Assembly (NCBI RefSeq): GCF_004010195.1
Contig: NC_057757.1
Span: forward strand, 5,370,430-5,434,429
Direction of reading: 5' to 3'
Length of the DNA: 64,000 bases
Source of the DNA: Chiloscyllium plagiosum
Taxonomy: Eukaryota
Shown here: positions 25,631 through 36,334 of the stretch, one piece after another
How positions within the stretch are numbered: position 1 is the stretch's first letter
Layout: each line of letters starts with the position of its first letter
Notes under the pieces: model-generated
Told to the model about the DNA's origin: nothing
What the model saw: the letters and a program-made list of their open reading frames with translations, nothing else
Database searches by the model: none
Made by a program: the position numbers and the translations under genes

Positions 25631-25739
25631 GTGAGTAAAACTTGGTCCATTAGCAACAATTTGCATTCATATATCACCTTTCACTAGTAACCCATCTCAA
25701 GGCATTACAAAGGAGTGTTATTAAACAATATTTGTCACT

Positions 25740-26790
25740 TCATCCATTAATGGTCTAGATGAAGGAACTGATGGCATTCTGGCTATGTTTGCAGACGATA
25801 CAAAGATGAGTAGAGGGATTGGTAGCATTGAGGAGGTGGGGAGGCTGCAGGAGGGTTTGGACAGGTTAGAGAGTGAGGTAAAAACAATGACTGCAGATGC
25901 TGGAAACCAGATTCTGGATTAGTGGTGCTGGAAGAGCACAGCAGTTCAGGCAGCATCCGAGGAGCTCCTTGGATGCTGCCTGAACTGCTGTGCTCTTCCA
26001 GGTTAGAGAGTGGGCAAAGAAGTGGCAGATGGAGTACAGTGTGGGAAAGTATGAGGTCATGCACTTTGGTAGGAAGAATAGAAGCATGGACTATTTTCTA
26101 AATGGGGAGAAATTCAGAAATCTGAAGTGCACAGAGACTCCAGAGTTCTAGTCCAGGATTCTCTCAAGGTAAACTTGCAGGTCGAGTATGTAGTTAGGAA
26201 GGCAAATGCAATGATGGCATTTATTTTGAGAGGACTTCCATATAAAAGCAGAGATAAACTTCTGAGACTCTGCACAGGCCACATTTGGAGTATTGTGTGC
26301 AACTTTGGGCCTCATATCTCAGGAAGGATGTACTGGCCCTGGAGCATGTTCAGAGGAGATTCACGAGAATGGTCCCAGCAATGAAAAGCTTAACATATGA
26401 GGAACGTTTGGGATCGGGGGGGGAGCTAATTGAAATATACAGAATACTGAATTGCCTGGACAGAGTAGATTTTGGGAAGATGTTTCCATTGGTAGAAGAG
26501 ACTAGGTCCCAAGGGCACAGCTTTTGAGTAAAGACCTTTTAGAATGGAAATGAGGAGAAAGTTCTTCAGCCAGAGAGTGGCAAATCAATGGAATTCACAG
26601 CCACAGAAGGCCGTGGAGGCAGGTCATTGAGTGTATTTAAGACGGAGATAGATAGGTTCTTGAGTATCGAGGGGATCAAGGTTTAGAGGGAGAAGGCGGG
26701 AGAATGGGGATGAAAACCTATCAGCCATGATTCAATTGCAGAGCAGACTCGGGCTGAATAGCCTAATTTCTGCTGCTTTTTCTTATGGCC
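25740..26790 (+). mobile_element. CR1-clade LINE 3' portion, interrupted by a palindromic insertion at 25876-25998
   Basis: FADD, LEYCVQLW and VQRRFTRM motifs; 14-bp TSD caggttagagagtg around the insert. Confidence 0.85.
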
Positions 26791-26874
26791 TTATGAGCTT
26801 TGTGAAATAATTGGGAGGGGGGGTGCTAAAGCTTGGTTGAAATTGTGATTGTCAAAAGGGGAGGTTTAGGGTTA

Positions 26875-27915
26875 GAGCGATCACATGGAATGCAGGGAGA
26901 ATTAGCCATTTGGATACAGACCTGGCTCGAAGATAGAAGACAGAGGGTGGTGGTCGAGGGTTGCTTTTCAGACTGGAGACCCGTGACCATCGGTGTGCCA
27001 CAAGGATCGGTGCTGGGTCCAGTACTTTTCATTATTTCTATAAATTATTTGGATGTGAACATAGGACGTATAGTTAGTAAGTTTGCAGATGACACCAAAA
27101 TTGAAGGTGTAGTGGACAGCGAAGAAGATTACCTCGGATTACAACGGAATCGTGATCAAATGAGCCAATGGGCTGAGGAGTGGCAGATGGAGTTTAGATA
27201 AATATGACGTGCTTTATTTTGGAAAAGCAAATCGGGGCAGGACTAATACACTTAATGGTAAGGTCCTAGGGAGTGTTGCTGAACAAAGGTTCATAGTTCC
27301 TTGAAAGTAGAGTCGCAGGTAGACAGGATAGTGAAGAAGGTGTTTGGTATGCTTTCCTTTATTGGCCAAAGCATTGATTATAGGAGTTGGGAGGTCTGTG
27401 GCTATACAGGACACTGGTTAGGCCACTTTTGAAATATTGCATGCAATTCTGGTCTCCCTATCGGAAGGATGTTGTGAAACTTGAAAGGGTTCAGAAAAGA
27501 TTTACAAGGATGTTGCCAGGGTTGGAGGATTTGAGCTATGAGGAGAGGCTGGGGCTGTTTTCCCTGGAACGTTGGAGGCTGAGGGGTGACCTTATCGAGG
27601 TTTATAAAATCATGAGGGGCACTGATAGGGGGAATAGCCAAGTTTTTTTTTCCCCCCAGGGTAGGGGAGTCCAAAATCTAGAGGGCATAGGTTTCAGGTG
27701 AGAGGGGAAAGATTTAAAAGGGACCTAAGGGGCAATGTTTTCACACCGAGGATGGTACGTGGATGGACTGAGCTGCCAGAGGAAGTGGTGGAGGCTGGTA
27801 CAATTACAGCATTTAAAATGCTGGCAAATGGCACTGGATTAGGTTAGGATATCTGGTCAGCATGGATGAGTTAGACCAAAGGCTCTGTTTCCATGCTGTA
27901 TGTCTCAGTGACTGT
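26875..27915 (+). mobile_element. CR1-clade LINE 3' portion
   Basis: GVPQGSVLGPVLFII...KFADDTKI and LERVQKRFTRMLPG motifs. Confidence 0.9.
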
Positions 27916-28184
27916 AATTCTAGAGCCTACTGCCTCGGCGGGTGAAGAGACAGTCACGGTGATGAAGGAGTGGCAGTCTGAGGTCAGTGATTGGGAGCGG
28001 TAGTGACTGGTGAGGGTGGGCGGGGGGACACTGAGATCCCCGTGTGATGGGAAGAGCTGGTGCAGGGGGCCAGACTTTGAGTGAAGGCAAAATCCCAGAG
28101 GGTTTTGAAACCAGAAGATGGGAAAGTTAAAACTGGGAGAGACTCAGAACACTAGAGAAACTCAGCAAGATCTGGCAGCGTCTG

Positions 28185-28382
28185 TAGAGAGAGAGAGAGA
28201 GAGCAGGGTTAACATTTTGTGTCATGTGTGACTCTTATAGAACAGTAACGTAGACGTGTTATGCTGGACTCACAACATCAACTCTCGCTTTCTCTCTCTC
28301 TCGCGCGCGCGTTCTCTCTCTCTCTCTCGCGTGCTCTCTCTCTCTCTCTCTCTCTCTTTTCCTCCCCCCCCCCCCCCCCCTC
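28185..28382. repeat. (GA)n/(CT)n microsatellites and a poly-C run
   Basis: Seen directly. Confidence 0.85.
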
Positions 28383-30566
28383 TCCAAACGAAGACAGACA
28401 GAATGTAAATTGGGCAAATTCAGAGCACTGAATATTCCCAAATAAAAAACACACCAGCCCATTACAAAGGCTGAGTTTTTGAAATTTACAGTCCTGCACT
28501 CACAAGAACGCTAAAAGTTAACTGTTATCTTTCTTTCTCAGAGTTTTTCAGGAATAATTGAAAATAAAACAAATCTCTGGGACACACACACACACACCAG
28601 CAGTCCCCCAACTTTGAAACTGGCAGATGTGAAAACTGACAGCTTTCTCTGAGGAAATAGGAAGATGGGTTTTACACACACCTCCATCTGATTCACACCA
28701 CCCTGACACATGCCTCTGAGCAGCAAAGAAATGGAAACTAAAAAACCAGGGGCTGGAATTCCCTCGCTTAGTTTGCACTTTTCACTTTCTCAACAGTCTC
28801 CAGATCTGAAAGGAGGCGAGTTTTCAAGCGTGCTTTGTTTTTACTTTAACACAGAGCTTTGTCTAACCAGGAGGTCACAGCAAGCACTGGGGGCTTTCTA
28901 GGTATCGAGACACCCCCCCCCACCCCCACCCCACCACCTCCCTCCACTTGCCCTAGAGTTCTACACAGGGGTGTACCCTACCATACAAAGCCCCCTATCC
29001 TAGATAATCGCTCCAACGTTGTCCTGTGCAGGGCAAAGTGGGAACTACTCAAAAGTTTTGTGTGTGTGCGCGCACGCGCGCACACTGTTTTGAGATTCAC
29101 CCCCCCCACCCACCTACACAGAGAGACACAAGGCAGCAGCAGTCTGACCCACTGTGCTCCTGCCTGGTCTCCTGAATAGGGAACGGACTCGGCAAGTGCT
29201 CGCTCCCTCAATCCCATTGAAGTGAGGTGGGGTGGGGAGAGGCTTCAGCAATGCTGCAGCCTGCTCAAAAACGAACCCTGAGACAGAGGGAGGGAGCAAG
29301 GCAGGCAGAGAGAGGAGAAAGGAAGCTGCAGAGAACTCCGAGTCCCAGAGGAGAGGCATTAGATCAGTCATCTGAATAATCAGTTATCAGAACGAAATAC
29401 TGCCCGCCCGTTTCGTTCGGATAATTGAGGTTCCTTTGTATTCCTACCTGCCTGCGCTTGGCCCAAATCCCTCCAAACATTCATGTTGTTATCCATGTCT
29501 TTTAAATATCGGTGTGGAGTGCCACTTACACCTGATGAAGGAGCAGCGCTCCAAAAGTTGGTGTTTTCAAATAAACCAGTTGGACCATAACCTGGCATCA
29601 TGTGATTTTTGGCCTTTTAAATATTGTAGTTGTATCCGTATCCGCCTCTTCCTCGGGAAGTTCATTCCACACACGAACCTCCCTCTGTGTTTTAAAAAAA
29701 AGATTGCCCCAATATCCTTTTTAAAATCTTTCTCCTCTCACCTTATAAATAAGCCCTCTAGTCTTGAAATGCGCCACCCGAGGGGAGAAGAAAGTCTTGT
29801 CGTTCACCTTATCTGTACGCCTGATGATTTTATAAACCTCTATGAAGTCACCTCTCAATCTCCCAACGCTCCAGTTTTAAAAAAAAAGTCCCAACCTATT
29901 GAGCCTGTCCTTATCACTCAAACCTTCCATACCCGGCAACATCCCGGGCGACCTCTTCTGAACCCTCTCCAGTTTAATAATATCCTTCCTATAATAGGGC
30001 GACCAGAACTGCACCAACCCTGCAGAAGAGGCCGCTCTAATGTCCTCGACATGACGTCCCAACTCCGATATTCAAACTTAACCGGGTCCCTAGATTAACA
30101 GCCCAGTGCCAATGTCACAATGCCATCGCCTCCCCATGTGCTGATCACAATAACTATCATCAGGGAAGGGAATCTGCTGTCCTCTCTCATTCTGGCCTGG
30201 GCGTGACTGACTCTTAACTGCCCTCTGAAATGGCCTAGCAAGCCAGTCATTTCAAGGGGCATTCAGGGATGGGCAACAAACATCGGCCTTGCCCCAGTGA
30301 TGCCCGCTTTTTGTGAAAGAGGGCACAGGAAAAAAAAGCCAGTTGAAGGGAAGAAATGTACAGAGCAACGGGGCAGGAGGAAGGTATAGGGACTTGATAG
30401 ACTCACTTTCTATGAAGGGCCCAGCAAAGACCCGACAGGGCGAACAGCCTGGCGTGCTGGATGTCGTGAGAGATCTGGAAAGTTCAGGTGTGACGGGGAT
30501 TGGGGGTTGGGGGGGAGCGGTGTAAGGGCAATTGCTGTGTTTTATAATTCATTGCTGTTGTTGTAG

Positions 30567-30712
30567 AGTTGCCTACGTGGAATACAAGACCACGAAACAA
30601 GCCAAACTTGCTCTGAAGGACTTCCAAGGCAGAGGTATTCCAGGCCAGGCAGTTCGAGTGGCTTCGATAGAGGAAGAGCAGGAGAGCCCAGAGAGCCAGT
30701 CTGACTGGTCAG
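30567..30712 (+). CDS. Nucleolin-like gene, RRM C-terminal half (RRM2-like)
   Basis: ttgttgtag acceptor, G|gtatgt donor, phase 2-1. GVAYVEYKTTKQAKLALKDFQGRGIPGQAVRV...SDWS matches nucleolin GIAYIEFKTEADAEKTFEEKQGTEIDGRSISL...STWS. Confidence 0.9.
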
Positions 30713-32582
30713 GTATGTACCAGTGCACGTGGTCCAAATCCTATTTGCGAACTGACTGGAGATTAGTGTAGTTAGAACCACCCTCAGTCACGTTGACTTG
30801 CTGTGCGCTGGTTACTGAATGGAAGCTACTGCTGCTGCTGGCATTTCTTTCCAACAGCTGAATTGTGGCCTTGCTGGCGTTAGGCTCCACAAATCTGGTC
30901 TCCTCTCGTCCCCGGGGATGATGGGGACACTGTGGACATGTGATCAGGTGCCTTGGTTTTATGTTTTGTGGACATGGGTTCGAATCCCACCACGGCTGCT
31001 GGTGGAGTTAACTTCAATGAATAAAATGCAAGACGACTAGCTTTGAAACAGCATGGTGTTCATGGGAATGTGTCTGTCCTTACCCCATCTGACCCACATG
31101 TGACTCCAGACTCACTTCAACATGGTTGATGTTGCCAGAACGGAGGCTGGATAGGCTGGGACCTTTCTCCCTGGATCATCGGAGGCTGAGGGGGTGACTT
31201 TACCGAGGCTTATAAAGTCATGAGGGACATGGATAGGATGAATAGCTAAGGTGCTTTTTCCAACGTTAGGGGAGCCCAAAACCAGAGGGCTTGGGCTTAA
31301 GGTGAGAGGGGAACGATTTAAAAGGGACCTAAGGGGTACCTTTTTCACACAGAGGGTGGTCGGCAAATAGGATGAGCTGCCAGAGGAAGTGGTGGAGGCT
31401 GGTACGGTTACAACGTTTAGAAGGCACTCAGGCAGTTACATGGAGTAGGAAGGGTCTAGAGGGATATGGGCCAAGTGCTGGCAAATGGGACTTGATTAAT
31501 TTAGGATATCTGGTTGGTCTGGACGAGTTGGGCCGACGGGTCTGTTTCCATGCTATGTGACTTTATGACTTAAGTCACCCCCTCAGCCCCCTCTGAACCA
31601 GTCGAACAAGCCACTCAGCTCGGGTCTGTTAGGGATGAGCAACACCCATCGAAAGAATTCATTGATCAGGATTTGCAGGGTCTCCGGCCTTGATGTGACC
31701 AGCTGTAAAAAGTAATTCAGCGGCTGGGAAGAACACGAATACAGGCTTCCCCCTGGTGTTTCACCAGTGACAGGGGAAGGTGGATAGTAGCTCTCCAGCC
31801 CAGGGACCAGTTGAAGCTCTCGAGTGACCAGTGAAGGTCTTTTGCCACATGTGCAGATGGCCTGGTCAACCTCAGACCCAGGGAGGAGACTCCTGATTTG
31901 TTACTCTGTAGTGCACAGAGGGCGGTACCCTGTAGTTATGGCCGACCCCTACTGAACAGCCCCCTCATCCAAGTACTCGCCAGCCACTGGGTCCTCCTGA
32001 CACTCCCCGGCCAACGCACTCGTGATCATGTTGGCATCCAAGTTGCCCTCTGGCTGCAGTCCCAGTAGTGGCCATTGCTCACTGTGGCGCTGCTGGGCCT
32101 GGAGAGCACTTCCAAATGGTTGGCAGCTCTTGGGAAGCAGGATCCTGTCCTCGATGGAGATGGACACCCCATCATTGGACCTAATGGGTACAAAGTCCGC
32201 CTGGGAATGCCCATGGATTGGGCCACCGCGTAAAGTCCAGAACACCCTTTTTGAGGAACTCTGTACGGTGGCGATGCCTCTCCCCCTCCATAGTCTTCCC
32301 TTGCTACTACAGTTCACAGAGGTTGGCATTGCCCATCTAACAAACAGCAATTTATTTTTCCACTGTCTTCTCTGAAAATGGAGAGAAAAGGCAATCCTTT
32401 GGGATTTGGTGTTCTTGCATCTTAAGTGCACGATGGAAAGCGTCAGCGTGTAATGTATCTCTTTAACAGCGATACATGGGTGTCTTCTCTCCTGGCCTTC
32501 TCTGTGATGAGCTTGCTCCGAGTTTTGAGGGAACGGACGAGAGTGTTTCAAGACTGCGCTGACCTGCTTTCTCTCCTTTCAG

Positions 32583-32706
32583 ATTCCACCAGATCCACCA
32601 GATCCCTGTTTGTATGGCGCCTGTCCAAACGAACAACAGTCAAAATGTTGAAATCAACCTTCAAGGAGGCCGTGGGTGCCAGGATACCACGAAAAAAGGG
32701 ACGGCG
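32583..32706 (+). CDS. Nucleolin-like gene, last RRM N-terminal half (RRM4-like)
   Basis: ctctcctttcag acceptor, CG|gtgagc donor, phase 1-2. STRSLFVWRLSKRTTVKMLKSTFKEAVGARI resembles PSKTLFVKGLSEDTTEETLKESFDGSVRARI. Confidence 0.88.
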
Positions 32707-33382
32707 GTGAGCATTCGCTGACTTTTAGGGAAAACACCAGCCAATTCCCGTTGCCACCACCATCCCGTGGAAAAGTTGAGAAGCTCTCCCATCTCCCTGT
32801 TCAACTACCATGACTGTGGACTTGTTGGGCCAAATGGCCCAACACTGTCTTCCACACTGTGGGGATTCTAGGATTCAAAACGAAAACACATTGTCTCGTG
32901 GTTATCACCAGCTGCAGGAGCTGACTCTGCAGCCAGGTTTCTTACAATACATCAGCAATTGCACTTGCAAAATATGTGCCATTGGTTATGAATTGCTTTG
33001 GCATGATCTGAAGATGGAGGGGGAGGTAATGGCCTAGTAGTATTTATCACCAAACTATTAATCCAGAGACCCAGGTAACATCCTGGGGACCCGGGTTCCA
33101 TTCCCACCATGGCTGATAGTAGAATTTGAACTTGATTTTTTTAAAAAAATCTAGTATTAAGACTCTAGTGATGACTTTGTTGGAAAAACCCATCTGGTTT
33201 GCTAATGTCCTTTAATGAAGGAAACTGCCATCCTTACCTGGTCTGGCCTACATGTGACTCCAGACCCACAGCGATGTGGTTGACTGCCCTCTGGGCACTT
33301 AGGGATAGGCAATAAATGCTGGGCTTAGCCAGCAACGCCCATGACTCACGAGCGAATAAAAAATTGTGAAAGATGGTATATG

Positions 33383-33698
33383 ATTAGATTAGATTCCCTA
33401 CAGTGTGGAAACAGGCCCTTGGGCCCAAAACGTCCACACCGACCCTCTGAAAAGCAACCCACCCAGACCCGTTCCCCTACATTTACCCCTGACTAATGCA
33501 CCTACGGGCAATTTAGCATGGCCAATTCACCCTAACCTACACATCTTTGGACTGTAGAAGGAAACCGGAGCATCCAGAGGAATCCCACACAGACATGGGG
33601 AGAATGTGCACACAGACAGCTGCCCAAGGCAGGAATTGAACCCAGGTCCCTGGTGCTGTGAGGCAGCAGTGTTAACCACTGAGCCACCGTGCCACCCC
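33383..33698 (-). mobile_element. HE1-type SINE
   Basis: Reverse-complement head cactgagccaccgtgccaccc and tail attagattccctacagtgtggaaacagg. Confidence 0.82.
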
Positions 33699-34399
33699 TA
33701 TATAGCTAGAACCTTTCTGTAAACTGATGAACATTAAACATTCAAAAACAGGGTAAATGTCATGTTATCGAGGAGCTGACGCCTAGTTGCTTCCTTGCTG
33801 TATTGGAAATGCTCCCTACCACAGCTGGGCTGTTGAGTGGAGGAATTAACCAAGCTTCTGATCCCTAATGGCTGACTAATCACTAGTAACACTAATAAAA
33901 TCCCAAGAGTGTAATGTGTGCGCGAGTGGGTGTTTAAATGATGACTCGGTGTGACGCATTTTGTGGTTGAATAGTTTACTGACGGGCTACCTCCTCCACT
34001 CACAGGTGAAGGATGTCTGCCTGTTTGTGGGTGAGGGATGGCAGGGGTGGGGGGGTAACCTGCCAAGCAGGATCCGAGCAGGAAAGAACACCAGTGGTCA
34101 CCGATGTCAGCTCGGTGAACCAAGCTTTCCAAGTTGGTTTTGCAGCATTGACATTGAGAGTGTGGGTTTGAGATTCCCATCACTGGGGGAGCTCTGTGGA
34201 GAGTATTTCTGTGTTTGCTGCTGACTCTCACGCGACCTCATGGGTTCGACACGTCCTCGCGTTGTCTCACAACCAGGGCCAGTGGTGGGAGAGGGGGGTG
34301 CCAATGCCACAAGTGATGGACTTGAAAAACAATTTTCCGTTTTTTAGAAATGGAGCCCAGGTGAGAAGGAGCCAAAGTCTGGACCTCAATGGCCTGTTT

Positions 34400-35183
34400 G
34401 TAAGAACATGAAGGACTAAAAGCAGGAGTAGGTCGTCTGGCCCTTCGAGCCAGCTCCACCATTCAATAAGATCATGGAAGATCATGGCTGATCTTTTCAT
34501 GGACTTAGCTCCACTTACCCTCCCTCTCACTGTATCCCTTAATTCTTTTATTTTTCAAGAAAAAAGTCTACCTTAGCCTTAAAAATGTTTACTGAAGTAT
34601 TGTCAACTCGTTCGCTGGGCAAGGAATTCCGTTGTTTAAGAACCAGAAGTTCCTTCTCAATTCTGTCCTAAATCTGCTCCCCTTAATTTTGAGGCTACAC
34701 CCTCTTGTGCTAGCTTCACCTGCCAGTGGAAACATCCTTTTTATTTTATCCATTCCCTTCCTAATTTTATATGTTTCTATAAGATCCCCTCCCTCCCTAC
34801 CCCCATTCTTCTGAATTCCAGTCTACTCAGTTTCTCCTCATAAAGCAACCCCCTCAACTCCAGTATCAATCTGGTGAACCGCCTCTGCACCCAAAGTGCC
34901 AGTGTATCCTTTCTCAAGTAAGGAGACCAAACCTGCACACAGTACTCCAGGTGTGGCCTCACCAGCACCCTGTACAGCTGCAGCATTACCTCCCTGCTTT
35001 TAAACTCAACCCCTTTAGCAATGAAGGACAAAATTCCATTTGCCTTCATAATTACTTGTACTTGCAAACCAACCTTCTGTGATCCATGCACAAGGGTGCC
35101 CAGGCCCCTCTGCATAACATCAAGCTGCAACATTTTAAGCATTCAAGTAATGATCCTTTTTTACTGTTATTCCTACCAAAATG
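34400..35183 (-). mobile_element. CR1-clade LINE 3' fragment abutting a splice acceptor
   Basis: Minus-strand ORF KANGILSFIAKG...LVRPHLEYCVQVWSPYLRKD. Confidence 0.85.
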
Positions 35184-35191
35184 TGCTGTAG

Positions 35192-35309
35192 GTTTGCCTT
35201 TGTGGACTTTAAGACGGCGGAGGAAGCAACGAGGGCACGGGCGCAGTTCCAGAATATGGAGATAGATGGCCAGCAAATGAAGCTATACTTTGCCAACTCT
35301 GCACAGTGA
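35192..35309 (+). CDS. Nucleolin-like gene, last coding exon (RRM C-terminal half, TGA stop)
   Basis: gctgtag acceptor, phase 2. RFAFVDFKTAEEATRARAQFQNMEIDGQQMKLYFANSAQ* resembles nucleolin RRM4 GFGFVDFNSEEDAKAAKEAMEDGEIDGNKVTLDWA. Confidence 0.88.
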
Positions 35310-36020
35310 GGGGAAGAGGCCGGCGTGTGACCTGGTCACCGATGGTATGCAGCAGCCCAGAGTGGGGGGGGAGAGAGAGAGATGATGGAGTAGTGGTAAT
35401 GTTGCTGGGCCAGGAAGTTAGAGGTCTGGGCTAGTGCACTGGGTTCAAATCCCACCAGGGCATCTAGTAAAGTCAATCTTTTGACACAAACGAATCAGGA
35501 ATGTTAGAAGTACCATTGTCGGATTGAGCTGGTCTAGTTCTTTAGTAACAGAAATCTGCCCCTCATTACCCGTCTGACCTGCGCGTGATTCCATACCAGC
35601 AGCAATGGAGTTGACTGTGACTCTCTTGCTATCCTGAAGTGCTCTCACACACGGCTGGGCGTCTTTCCCGCCACCAAATCACCGTGACTTTTTTCATATT
35701 TTTAAAACCCGTCACCAGTACTGCGCCTGTCAGGAATGGGAAATACATGATGCCCAAACTCGCATTGAAAGAAAAACTAGAAGGACTGTGCAGCCGTGAA
35801 TTAAAATTGTGTTTTATTCTCACGTGCACAGGGTTACAGTGAAAAATGTCCAATGTTACCATTCCCGGTGCCATCTTAAGTACAAAGGTATCCAGGTACA
35901 AATTCTTAGGTACCAGGTAGAAAAATAAAGTTACAAGTTGTACATTACCATCTTTACAAAGTAGAAAGAAAAAAGAAATAAAGGCCCAAGTTCAAAATTA
36001 CAATTCTTCTTAAGTGCTTG

Positions 36021-36334
36021 ATTAGATAAGATGAGAATCCCTAACGTGTGGAAACAGGCCCTTCGGCCCAACCAGTCCACACCGACCCTCCGAAGAGTAA
36101 CCCACCCAGTCCATTTCCCTCTGACTAATGCACCTAACACTACGGGCAATTTAGCACGGCCAATTCACCCCAACCTGCACATCTTTGGACTGTGGGAGGA
36201 AACTGGGGCACCCGGAAGAAACTCACGCAGACGCTGAGAGAATGTGCAAACTCCACCCAGTCAGTCGCCCAAGGCTGGAATCGAACCTAGGTCCCTGGTG
36301 CTGTGAGGCTGCAGTACTAACCACTGAGCTACAG
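36021..36334 (-). mobile_element. HE1-type SINE
   Basis: Reverse-complement motifs. Confidence 0.8.

Noticed and set aside
29436..30098. 220-aa ORF, the longest in the track
   Set aside because: Antisense reading of a CR1 fragment and adjacent repeats.
31949..32551. 200-aa minus-strand ORF
   Set aside because: No recognisable domain or splice context; cannot be supported without a search.
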